From contig NIVC01001837.1 of assembly GCA_002269645.1 (NCBI GenBank), forward strand, positions 62,001 to 126,000: a stretch of 64,000 nt of DNA, written 5' to 3'. The DNA comes from Macrostomum lignano (Eukaryota). The position numbers and the translations under genes are program-made. The notes beneath the pieces were generated by a model. The model made no database searches. It was not told the origin of the DNA and was given only the letters and a program-made list of their open reading frames with translations. Shown here piece by piece: positions 11,621-22,710 of the stretch (position 1 is its first letter; every line of letters begins with the position of its first letter).

Positions 11621-11800
11621 AAAACGAAAAGACGAAAAAGCGCAACCAAACGACCATTAACTACTGGAGAAAAGTAATTAAGAAAGACAGGAGACGAGCC
11701 GGACAACATTGAACAGATAGCGCGGGACCGAAAATCATGGAAGTCAGTAATCAAGGCAAGAATGGACTACCTAAGAAAATGGGAAGGGTCGAAAGCTGCG
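11620..11800 (+). mobile_element. Degenerate non-LTR (RTE/L2-like) ORF2 3' fragment
   Basis: KRNQTTINYWRKVIK then, after a frameshift, GDEPDNIEQIARDRKSWKSVIKARM, resembling the A-x-DR-x2-W C-terminal motif of RTE-like LINEs. Confidence 0.5.
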
Positions 11801-11989
11801 GATAAGGGTGGTTGTCGACACAGCGGGGAGGCGAGGATCGCCCATTCCGCTAGCCCCTGGAGGCCCGCAGACAGGCAGAGGCGTGGGGCCGGTCAGGGTG
11901 GTCCGCCGGTCCGTCCGGCAGCGGGATCTTCCGTGGAGAAGAAAGTGGCTCGTCTTGTCGCCCGAAGGAACTGGATGAGATTAGATAGT

Positions 11990-12084
11990 TGCTCCGTCAA
12001 AAAATTGTCAGGGGGGGATTCCCCCCCCCCTTGGTAGGTTGACGGCAGAAAACTGAAAAATGGCTTGGTAGTCCTACTGTTATG
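11990..12084 (-). mobile_element. Isolated terminal fragment of the fold-back family found at 50388-51522
   Basis: Its reverse complement (CATAACAGTAGGACTACCAAGCCATTTTT...CCCCCTGACAATTTTTTGACGGAGC) aligns with 50388-50482. Confidence 0.65.
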
Positions 12085-13063
12085 CTATTGCATACCTACT
12101 AATAGGAGCATATACTGAACGAGTGCTCTACATTAAATTCGTGCCAGGTGGTAAAGGTTTAAACGAAATTGTTTAGTCTTATGGTTTGAATTTGTTGGCA
12201 CTGAACAGAAATTTCCCTATTGAATAGTATAGCATTTTCCACTAAGATCGTCAGGAAGCTTCCAGATCGGAATCAATTCCCGGGTCGGACGGGCAAGGCG
12301 AAGATTGGCCTAAAAAGTATTTGCTGTTTGTGAAAGCTTCTGTCTCGCAGTTCCTGACTCATTGCCGCGTTAGTTGCTACGGGAGGGGCAAAACTTGTCA
12401 GGAAAGCCCAGCGGAACTCAAAGCTTTGGCTCCCATATTCCTCGACAAGGCGTGACAGGCAGGCAGCTTTATCAATGCTGACTCCAAATTTCCCGTTTCA
12501 CCCCCAGTCTGGAAGCGCAGGATGTGGGACTCCAGTCGCAGACAAGGCACTTCAAACTTGCCATCCGGAAATGTGCAGCGTTTTCTCCTCCGTCACGGCG
12601 CGGGCGGGGCGGCAGGCCATGCAATATGCAGCAGCGGCGCAACGGGTCCAGCAAGGCCTGAAGAAGTGCTGGGCCTGAATTATTCACTGCAGCGGAAGCA
12701 GCAAGGACAGGGTGGCGACAGGGAGGGACATGAAGAGGAGGGGGGGGAGGAGCGAACCCCACTGACTGGTCAAAACAATGGAGGGGAATTGAGCTGCCTG
12801 GGGGATGGGGCTTAAAAAGCTTAAAAAGCTTCTGTAGAGATGCCCCTGGAAAACTAGGATTGCAGCGCCACAGAGGTGCAGCTAATGAGCAGTGGGAAGT
12901 TGTCCGGCCGCCGCCGACCTCCCCAAACTCTCTCCTTTCCAGCGCTTCTGTTAGCCCTTCACGGCCCCATCTATCCTGCTGGCCTGATATAAAACAGCTG
13001 TTTCCAGGGCCGACTGAGTTAGGAGCGACGCCCGTTTTCCGCTGCAGCTCCTCCGCTCTCAAA

Positions 13064-14215
13064 ATGTTTCCATCAGCGGACGGCGGCGGCGGCTTCACCC
13101 AGCAGCAGCAGATTCACCGCTACAGCTTGCAGCCGCCGCAGCCGCCGAGGCCGCTGAGCTACCGCGAGCAAAAGGCGGAGAAAACCAACCAGTCGGAGGG
13201 CCAGAGGCTGGAAACGCGGCTCAGGGTGATGGAGAAAGAGCGCGAGCACAAACGCCATGTCGGGTCAGTAGAGAAGCGGAAGGTGCTTCGTCAGGTAGAG
13301 GAGATTCACCGAACTACCGGCTACAGCCCGCTGGGCGTTCGACCGGAGCGCGGCGACCAGGTGCTGCGCGAGTCCGCCTACTTCACCTCGGGCCGGAAGC
13401 TGAGCGAGAAAGCGCTCGGGCGATGGAAGCTGCACGAGGCGTCGGCGGAGAGGGCGCTGCGCCTCACCGGGGCGGAGGTGCGCCAACGTCAGGACCAGCA
13501 GGATGCCCTCAACCACCTGCTGCTTGAGCTCGGCGTCATCGAGCGGCGCCGGCCAACGCTGGCCGCCTCCTCGGACGCGGCACCGTCCAGGCGTCTTCAC
13601 AGTCGGTCACAGTCGACGCCGCCTGTCACCGGGAGCGACAACAGCGGAAGCGGCATTGGCAACGGCGTTTGGCAGGCACGAGCGGCCGCCAGGGCGGAAG
13701 CCGCGGCAGCCTCGGCGGCTGTGGCGGCAGAGGCGCCCAGCAACAGCCGGATGGTCCGGGCGGACGCGGTGGCCGCGCTGAGCCGCCTGGCGGACAAGCA
13801 GAGCCGGATGTTCAACCAGAGCGGCGAGCTGCTGCGCAAGGCCACCATTGGCGCGGGCGGTCGCAGCGCCTCGGCGTCAGCTGCTGCGGCGCCTCTGCCT
13901 GCCGCATCGGCTGCCAAAAAGGATGCCGACAATGATTCCGACACTGTTCAGTCAGACGATGATGACAGCCAGGACCTCGCTGAAGGAGCCGACGAGGAGG
14001 ACGCTGCTGAGTCAGGTCCACAGTGGAAACGGCAGCTCAGATGCGAGGCGCCGCCTGGGTTGCACGAGCCGAGACGGCGGGCGGCCCGGGTGCAGCTGGC
14101 CGTGTCCCGGGCCAGCCTGAGGCAGCAGCTGCGGGACCTGGTGGCCAGCCAGAACCGCCCGGGTGACCTGAGGCTGCCGACCATGCGGGTGGTGCGCCGG
14201 TCCATGACAGAGTAG
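13064..14215 (+). CDS. Intronless uncharacterised protein (383 aa from AAAATG), N-terminal coiled coil, Ala-rich and acidic segments; weak CCDC190-like resemblance
   Basis: GC-rich open frame 12860-14215 with coding-like codon usage from ATG 13064. Helical NQSEGQRLETRLRVMEKERE...RKVLRQVEEI. CTGCAG acceptor-like site 16 nt upstream. Confidence 0.7.
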   Translation: MFPSADGGGGFTQQQQIHRYSLQPPQPPRPLSYREQKAEKTNQSEGQRLETRLRVMEKEREHKRHVGSVEKRKVLRQVEEIHRTTGYSPLGVRPERGDQVLRESAYFTSGRKLSEKALGRWKLHEASAERALRLTGAEVRQRQDQQDALNHLLLELGVIERRRPTLAASSDAAPSRRLHSRSQSTPPVTGSDNSGSGIGNGVWQARAAARAEAAAASAAVAAEAPSNSRMVRADAVAALSRLADKQSRMFNQSGELLRKATIGAGGRSASASAAAAPLPAASAAKKDADNDSDTVQSDDDDSQDLAEGADEEDAAESGPQWKRQLRCEAPPGLHEPRRRAARVQLAVSRASLRQQLRDLVASQNRPGDLRLPTMRVVRRSMTE

Positions 14216-14399
14216 CGCCCGGAATGTTGATAACTTAATTCTCAAATCTTGCACAAGCTGACAGTCTTTTATGCCCAGATTGTCCTTCAGATTGTCTTTG
14301 GCACTCCTCATTGCTCTTTTTCCCGGTTGCAGCTGCCTTACCAGCCAATTAGATTGTTTGAACTATTTACTTATCTAGGTTCCCCAAGCTCTTCAGATA

Positions 14400-14575
14400 C
14401 TTGATAACGTAACTGTCTCACTCCGCCATGCAGCCAATCAGATTGCTCACAAGATGCCTTAATGACGTCACTGTCTCAAGCACTCCGCCAGCCAATCAGA
14501 TTGTTCACAAGATGCCCTAATGACGTCACTGTCTCAAGCACTCCGCCAGCCAATCAGATTGTTCACAAGATGCCC
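14400..14575. repeat. ~58-bp tandem repeat x3 carrying CCAATCAG and TGACGTCA
   Basis: GCCAATCAGATTGTTCACAAGATGCCCTAATGACGTCACTGTCTCAAGCACTCCGCCA repeated. Confidence 0.85.
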
Positions 14576-15779
14576 CAGCATCCATGTTTTTGCCTGAGTG
14601 TAGACACCATTAGCATTTTCCTACTGTCGATGGTTGAAATTTGATACCCTCATACTGGTAAAGCCAGGTATTGACTGACCAATTAAGCCTTGTTTCACAA
14701 GAAGACACGGAATAATGCGTAACTGCCTAACAGAAACATTCTCCTTCTTGCTTTTGCCTTTGTCTACCTAAGAACCCTGCAAACGGACTCGCTGCTCACT
14801 GCACTTCCTTAATCCCGAGCTTACTTCAGATTTTGTACTTTGTTTACACTGAGACTGCCTTGCTCATGAAATAGAAGCACTCCAAGTGTGATTGCAATTA
14901 CTGGCAAGTTCGCTAGTCTCCATCGATCGGACAATCAAATCTGCTGTGAATTATTCAACTCAATTTTTGTGAGAGCAACTTCGCCTGATGGCAGTTTGAG
15001 TAGAAAAATCCCATAAACTTGCTTCAAGTTGAAGCCAAGAAGAGAAGACGGGCAGTTTTTGAGGATAAATTCCAAAAAACTTTCATGAAGTCAGTCCTTG
15101 AGATTTGAACTCATTTTTTAGCTATGTGGTTTATATTTCTCGGTCTCTCAATCGCTGGCTCAGATCCAGGACTACTGCTACAGGCTGGTGACGAACAGAG
15201 TTGGTGGTGGCCTGCCCAGCCTCGTTGACAGCTGCTGCAGCTGACGCTGCCTCTTTGGAACTCGCTGCCCGTGTTGCGGAGCTCGCCAGCTTCCCTGCCC
15301 CTGGCGTTGCTGCTGTTGATGCTTTTGTGAACTTTGTTGCTGCTGTTGCTGTTGAGAATGCTGCCCTTGTGGTGTTTTCTGCTGTTGTTTTTGAGCATGG
15401 TACTGTTTCTTTATCCCTGTTTGACAGCTCCCTGAGTCCAATCCATTAGGTGCAGTTGTCTCCGTTAAACACCTGCAGGAACGTGAAGTGAAGGCTAGAA
15501 AGTACATGATTTTAATGCAACCGACCTTTCACGCATCTATCGCCTTGCTAGCTTGGCCCGTCCAAGCGATCTATTGCGCTGTCAGGCAACTTATATAATA
15601 CAGTTTAATTGCTGAATCATGAGGCTGCAAAACACAGAACTACAGTTTTTTAAGCTAATAAAATAGGGGCCAAACAGGTAACACCGCTATACATGTATAC
15701 ACTTCTCAACCTATAGATATTTTCACTTCTCAGCCAGACGTTTGCCAGCCAAATGAAAATTGCACCCAATCATTATCGA

Positions 15780-18700
15780 TTAATCGTTGGTTTCTAACAT
15801 GTTCACTCGCGCCAGGGCGTGGACTGTGGAACCTTCTTCAGAACAGAGACAGTAAATGTATGCATGTACTTGCACTCGCCTTGTGCCGAACTGTTGCTGA
15901 AGGCTCCCGGCTGCAGAGCTGGCCTGAAATGTCGGGCTTGCAGGGCTGCATCCGCCCTTGCAGTTGCACCGGCGCTGGAGCAACTGGGCGAGCAGACCGG
16001 ACAGTCGGCGTTGGAGCTTCCCAGCCTCCGAGCTGAAGTAGCGCTGCTCCTCCATCAGAAGCAGTTCGTCCTGCTCACCAATGTTGTGCTCAACGAAATC
16101 GGCGCCCAGAATCTCCTCTCGTATCGACATGCGGACCCCCATGGTCACTTTCAGAAGCTGAAGGAGATGGGCGACCGTTGATTCTCAGCTAAGATCCTCA
16201 GCACTGAGACAAGATCCTCAGCCCTGAGACAAGATCCACAGCCCTGAGACAAGATCCTCAGCCCTGAGACAAGATCCACAGCACTGAGACAAGATCCACA
16301 GCCCTGAGACAAGATCCACAGCACTGAGACAAGATCCTCAGCCCTGAGACAAGATCCTCAGCCCTGAGACAAGATCCTCAGCCCTGAGACAAGATCCACA
16401 GCCCTGAGACAAGATCCTCAGCCCTGAGACAAGATCCTCAGCCCTGAGACAAGATCCTCAGCCCTGAGACAAGATCCACAGCCCTGAGACAAGATCCACA
16501 GCCCTGAGACAAGATCCTCAGCCCTGAGACAAGATCCACAGCACTGAGACAAGATCCTCAGCCCTGAGACAAGATCCACAGCCCTGAGACAAGATCCTCA
16601 GCCCTGAGACAAGATCCACAGCACTGAGACAAGATCCTCAGCCCTGAGACAAGATCCTCAGCCCTGAGACAAGATCCACAGCCCTGAGACAAGATCCACA
16701 GCCCTGAGACAAGATCCTCAGCCCTGAGACAAGATCCACAGCCCTTAACCCTAATGCTCAGCCGTCCTGCCAGACTGCCAGAAACCACAATCAGATAAAA
16801 GAATCCAAATTGACAGAAGCCGCTCACCCCCAGCGACAAGAAAGTGATGACGGCACTCCAGCACCCGATGCACAGGCAGGTGAGCAGCTGCACGCCCAGC
16901 AGTCTGAGTCCACCGCCGTGGAACAGGCCAATCTGCCCATTGTTCATGTTCTCCACTGTGTCAGTGTCTACAAACAGGCCGCAAGCCAGCATGCCCTGAC
17001 CAGGACAGATGGCATGGAGGCAACTTCTTGGACTCAAGGAAAGATAATTTAATTACTTACAGAAAACCCATCACACTGGCTGAACTCATATTCCCACTCA
17101 CTTCAATGAAGTACGTTGAATAGACAGAAAAAGTGTTACAGCCCATAACACAAGGCAAGAAAACGCACCAACTAAATCCACGGCAACACAACCCACAGCA
17201 GCAGCACAACCCACAGCAGCAGCACAACCCACAGCAGCAACACAGCCCACAGCAGCAACACAACCCACAGCAACAGCACAACCCACAGCAGCAACACAAC
17301 CCACAGCAGCAACACAACCCACAGCAACAGCACAACCCGCAGCAGCAGCACAACCCACAGCAGCAACACAACCCACAGCAGCAGCACAACCCACAGCAGC
17401 AGCACAACCCACAGCAGCAGCACAACCCACAGCAGCAGCACAGCCCACAGCAGCACAACCCACAGCAGCAACACAACCCACAGCAGCACAACCCACAGCA
17501 GCAGCACAACCCACAGCAGCACAACCCACAGCAGCAGCACAGCCCAACAGCAGCAGCACAACCCACAGCAGCACAACCCAACGCACCCACAGCCCGCCGA
17601 ATCCGTGCACCGGGATGGCCGCTACGGGGTCGTCCAAGCGGATTTTGTCCAACAGAGGCTCCGCTAGCACAACAATGAGGCCGCCTATCAGGCCGATGAT
17701 GAGGGCCTCCCAGGGCCGGACAATTGAGCAGCTTGCTGTAATTGTGACGATCGAACTCAACTGAGCAGGAGCAGAGTGGGGAAGCTTCTCAAATTACGGA
17801 GAAGATCACAGAACTCACCGGTGACGGAGACCAGCCCAGCCAGAACGGAGTTCACGATGTCGTTTATCTCGAACTTGCCTTTGTTCATGATAAACCTATT
17901 GTTGTGGGTTTAAACTTCTCGGCAATCAGATATACTAATGCATAAAAATGCCACCTAAAAAATCAAAACTGATCAACTTACGTGAAGCAGATTCCACTGA
18001 GTCCCCCACCCATGGAAGCATTTAGTGTGGTCACAGCGGCCCTACAATTAGGAGAAAGTTACTGGCACTTTACCAATCAGCAAGTTCACATCATACCGAC
18101 ACTTTACCAATCAGCAATGTCACATTATCACCGACACTTTACAATCAGCAATGTAACATCACTACCGACACTTTACCAATCAGCAATGTAACATCATTAC
18201 CGACACTTTACCAGTCAGCAATGTCACACCATTACCGACACTTTACCAATCAACAATGCTACACCATTACCGACACTTTACCAATCAACAATGTCACACC
18301 ATTACCGACACTTTACCAATCAGCAATGTCACTTAAACGGCACTTAAAAGTGGATAAAGTTCGTTATCGAGAGCATCACAATCAGTCTGGGTTACTGTTG
18401 AAAACCCAAGCCAAACTCACTTGGCAGCCAGCTTCCACTTGCCGTTGGAGATGCCGAACGTGCTGCCGCAGTTGAACGCCAGCCAGCCCCACCTGTTCAA
18501 GTTGAAAAATTGACCCAGCGGTGAATTTTTGGTGAATACGAATTTTAGTCCCTAGAGCCACTCACCACAGCATGAACATGCCAATCATGGCGTTTGTGGG
18601 ATCGCCGCTCTTGGGAAACTCGCGGCTCGAGTCGTAGCGCCCCAGCCGGGGCCCCAGCATCCAGGCGGCCACGGCGGCCGACACGGCGCCGAGAAAGTGC

Positions 18701-21161
18701 ACAGCCCCGGAGCCGGCGATATCAACGCAGCCGAGACGGTGCAGAAAGCCGCGCCGGTCCCAGACCCAGTGGGCCGGGATGCAGTACACCAGGGTGTTCA
18801 CGAAGGAGAACACGATGTACGAGTCCAGGCGAGCTCGCTCGGCCATCGCGCCGGACACTATGGTGGTGGCTGTGGTGGCAAAACTGCGGGGGCATGAGAA
18901 CATCATTTTGGGCGATTGACCTTTTCGGATGCTTGGCACTACGCGGTACTGGAGACCGTCTTGCTGTACAGCACGGAGAACTGGAGAGCCGATGTGGCAA
19001 TGCTGGAACAAAGCGATCGATTGTCAGGCGTCGTGACCAATGTCATCCTGGCCCGGTGACGGCGGCTGCCTGACTGGGCCAAGTCCCAGCGCGCGGTCCG
19101 GACGGAGCCTGTGTTGTTTACTCTCAGCTTTTTTTGCTGTTTCCTGCAGTTTTGCTGCTGCTGATGAGGACGATATCCTACTTGACTCAAAGACATGTAC
19201 TTTTCCTTCATCCATGGCAAGTACTTCATTCATCACTTCAAGAAGAGCAGCTCCTGCAAAGTTGCCTCCAGTTCGATGTAGCACCACATCCTTCTTTCAC
19301 CAGGCCCTGTAATCTCCTCTCGTTTTTGCAAAAACTAACCGATTTTTTATTATACTTTTGCACCCGAGGTGTACAGGCAGTGAACCTGTCTTACTACTAG
19401 TAAGCTCGTACAAGTAGTAGATAAGCATTGGATTACCGGGTTGGAATATTCGAATTTTAGAAGTATTCATATTTTCAGATTACAATAAATTTTCATCGTT
19501 TTCAATATTATCATATTCATAACTTTTGCTCAGTTTCGCGTTCCTCGTTCCAGACTTCACCGTCCACAACTTCCTCGAAAAACTTTCCTAATAAGCCCCG
19601 TCTTGAAGAGCAACCCGAGAGCCGCTACCTCAGCTGGAATACGAAGGTGGCGAAGCTCGTGCCCATGTCCGGGGCCCCGGGGCTCCGGTCTACGAAGAAA
19701 TCGCCCCAGCCGGAGAAGCCGCCCGCGTTGTCCTTGCCGAATGACAGCCCGTAGCCGAACATCCAGTAGGAGATGCCGCCGAACACCACGTCGACAACGT
19801 TCTTCACCATGATGTTTACCTGGTTCTTCAGTTGTACGTTGCCAGCCTCCAGCAGTCCGAAGCCTGCAGGAGAAAGTCAGCGGTGCAGCTTTTGTTCCTG
19901 ACGATATTATGTTATTCAATTGATGAAATACATATATTTATACGTAAAACTTTACAGCTAATGGCGAACTTTCCATCAGTATTTGCCATATCTATTCTAT
20001 CTGTCTCGCGCTGTCTTCGAGTAGACAAAAACGCTTTGCATAGCGGGAGTGTGAGGATGACAGCGATAGTCTATAGCCAGCACCATTACATAGCGATAGT
20101 CTATGGCCAGCCCCATTACATAGCGATAGTCTATGGCCAGCACCATTACATAGCGATAGTCTATGGCCGGTCCCATAACCACGCTGGCAGAAGCTGGACC
20201 TTTGCTTTTCGGCTTTAACTCGAAAAGTTTAAAATTAGGAAAATCTGAAGGCCCGAAATCCAAGTTCTGTTCCTGTAAATTCCGATTCCCGTGTATCGAG
20301 TCCCGATTCCCGTGGATCGAGTCCCGATTCCCGTGTATCGAGTCCCGATTCCCGTGGATCGAGTCCCGATTCCCGTGTATCGAGTCCCGATTCCCGTGTA
20401 TCGAGTCCCGATTCCCGTGTATCGAGTCCCGATTCCCGTGTGTCGAGTCCCGATTCCCGTGTATCGAGTCCCGATTCCCATATATCAAGTCCTAATTCTC
20501 GTGTATCGAGTCCCGATTCCCGTGTATCGAGTCCCGATTCCCGTGTGTCGAGTCCCGATTCCCGTGTATCGAGTCCCGATTCCCGTGTATCGAGTCCCGA
20601 TTCCCGTGTGTCGAGTCCCGATTCCCGTGTATCGAGTCCCGATTCCCGTGTATCGAGTCCCGATTCACGTGTGTCGAGTCCCGATTCCCGTAAATGGCAT
20701 CCCGATTCGCGAATTTCGAAATTCCCGAAATTGCATGTAAGAGTCTTAAATGTCTAATCCTTGATGTCTGCATCTAATCGCATATAACCGTGTCCGGATC
20801 TCAAAATGTCCTGAGTCTTAACTCCTGAATCTCAAAATGTCAAAAACCTCAGGGACGTGCCAGGATCATCCTTGATCTCAATCTATGGTCTGCCGACCTA
20901 CAACACAAGTCAATGTACTTGTAGAACCATAGTCTCAAATGCATGTATCATTCAATAATAACCCGTTTTAGGCGCTTTGGCTCTATAGCCTTCCCCAGGC
21001 TCACCGGACTGCATGGTGAAAATGATGAAGCTGCAGGCCAAAATCCAGGTGGCATCATCGTGAAGGACAACCTCGGTAGCAACAGTTGTTAGGGCCCGAT
21101 CAATCGTAGTTATATTAACCATTGCACCGCCACTGCCAGTTGTGCTGTCCAGGAATGACAT
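15780..21161 (-). CDS. amt: Ammonium transporter (Amt family), multi-exon
   Basis: Exons 21161-21005, 19863-19629, 18883-18566, 18492-18421, 18041-17982, 17895-17819, 17735-17587, 16995-16828, 16157-~15780, all GT-AG and phase-consistent. Motifs MQSGFGLLEAG, KNVVD, FQLSFATTATTIVSGAMAER, DIAGSGAVH, WWGWLAFN, DDPVAAIPVH, EEILGADFVEH. A further Q-rich terminal exon 15472-15178 is possible. Confidence 0.93.
16192..16742. repeat. 20-bp minisatellite (GCCCTGAGACAAGATCCTCA) ~27 copies, Amt intron 8
   Basis: Directly visible; fills most of the intron. Confidence 0.95.
17180..17580. repeat. 15/18-bp CAG-rich minisatellite (CACAACCCACAGCAGCAG), Amt intron 7
   Basis: Directly visible; starts immediately after the exon-7 donor. 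Confidence 0.95.
18060..18330. repeat. ~35-bp minisatellite (CCGACACTTTACCAATCAGCAATGT...), Amt intron 4
   Basis: About 7 imperfect copies. Confidence 0.9.
18915..19020 (+). mobile_element. Degenerate RTE-like LINE fragment in Amt intron 2
   Basis: Plus frame reads AVLETVLLYSTENW, matching the post-RT motif VLLYG(S/C)ETW of RTE-clade LINEs. Confidence 0.45.
20281..20700. repeat. 21-bp minisatellite (CCGATTCCCGTGTATCGAGTC) ~20 copies, Amt intron 1
   Basis: Directly visible. A short 30-bp repeat also lies at 20070-20170. Confidence 0.95.
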
Positions 21162-21169
21162 TGTGAGGT

Positions 21170-21735
21170 CTAGATATTCAGCTTGTAGATCCGGCCTGAA
21201 GAGGGTCTAGATCAGCTTGTAGATCCGTCTTGCGGAGGGTCTAGATCAGCTTGTAGATCCGTCTTGCGGAGGGTCTAGATCAGCTTGTAGATCTGGCTTG
21301 CGGAGGGTCTAGATCAGCTTGTAGATCTGGCTTGCGGAGGGTCTAGATCAGCTTGTAGATCTGGCTTGCGGAGGGTCTAGATCAGCTTGTAGATCCGGCT
21401 TGCGGAGGGTCCAGATCAGTTTGTAGATCCGGCTTGCGGAGGGTCAATATCAGTTTGTAGATCCGGCTTGCGGAGGGTCTAGATCAGCTTGTAGATCTGT
21501 CTTGCAGAGGCTCTAGATCAGCTTATAGATCCGGCTTGCAGATGGTCTAGATCAGCTTGTAGATCCGGCTTGCGGAGGGTCCAGATCAGCTTGTAGATCT
21601 GGCTTGCGGAGGGTCTAGATCAGCTTGTAGATCCGGCTTGCGGAGGGTCTAGATCAGCTTGTAGATCCGGCTTGCGGAGGGTCTAGATCAGTTTGTAGAT
21701 CCGGCTTGCGGAGGGTCTAGATCAGCTTGTAGATC
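21170..21735. repeat. 34-bp minisatellite (AGATCAGCTTGTAGATCCGGCTTGCGGAGGGTCT) ~16 copies just upstream of the Amt ATG
   Basis: Directly visible; begins about 10 nt upstream of ATG 21161. Confidence 0.95.
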
Positions 21736-22710
21736 CTTTTCCTGATGAAGCCAACACTGTATTAAAAGTACACCAGCCAGCTCATCGCTGAGCCCCGCCT
21801 TTTGAGCATGAGTCGACTTGTGCTCAAGCTGTGAGTGTGTAAAATTATAGGTAGTAATAATGGTAGAAACACGAGACGTCACGTACTTAGCAAGGTAATA
21901 TGACACCCTCCGCACTACTGCTTTAGGAGCAATGTACCTGTTTTAGGCTTAAGAATCCTAAACTAATGACAAGTCTCAAGATGGATAAACGATGATATCT
22001 GATACTAAGTGACAAACTTTTAACTGAATAACGAATCTCTTTTAAGTTCTGAAATCCCCATCTCAGAATCCGAAATATCATCTCCAAATCCGAAATCCCA
22101 ATCTCAAGTTCCGAAATCCAAATATTTTAAAGTTTCAAAATCCTAAAATCTTAAGTTCCAAGATCCCAATCACAAAAATCGAAATCCCAATCTCTGGCTT
22201 TGAAATCCCAATCTTAGGACATATGTAGCCATGAAGGCTTGGCAATTTTAATTTATTGCAGAAAAATTATTTTTTTGGATTTTAATAAATGAGACGGTTT
22301 ATTTATCAATAATAACGAAGTAATAAAACTCTAAGCATTGCTAAAAAGTGACAAATTTTGATTATTAAAGTACACCACAAGGCAAGCAAGCGGTACAATA
22401 GTTACGCATGTACATGTACCAGTACAGCAGACTTACAGTTCGACATGCCAATCTGAATCAGCGCGCGTGAAATTGGGGCAGAAAATGCAAGCAGAAAAAA
22501 AATAATATACTCGCATACAGCCTCAATATTTACAGGCTTCATTGCTTGTTGAGTTGCGGCACGAATACACGCGACCGAACTACTATTAGTAGTATTGTAG
22601 CGAGTTTCATTTCACTCCAGTTTATCTACAGTCTATGAAACGATCTCTAGAGAATTAATTATCCGCGCGTGTCGACAGCTGTTGACATCTGCGATTTGAA
22701 AGTCCAGGGT

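Noticed and set aside
10578-11754. Poly-MR, poly-IL, poly-HP and poly-S ORFs
   Set aside because: Translations of a hexamer microsatellite with frequent frame slips.
12560-12680. VQRFLLRHGA, ankyrin-like phrase
   Set aside because: Isolated 10-aa resemblance with no flanking ankyrin consensus or splice support.
17057-17678. Cys-rich (CCCCGL)n and (QQQHNP)n ORFs resembling metallothionein or keratin-associated proteins
   Set aside because: They lie within Amt intron 7, whose flanking exons join in phase; minisatellite translation.
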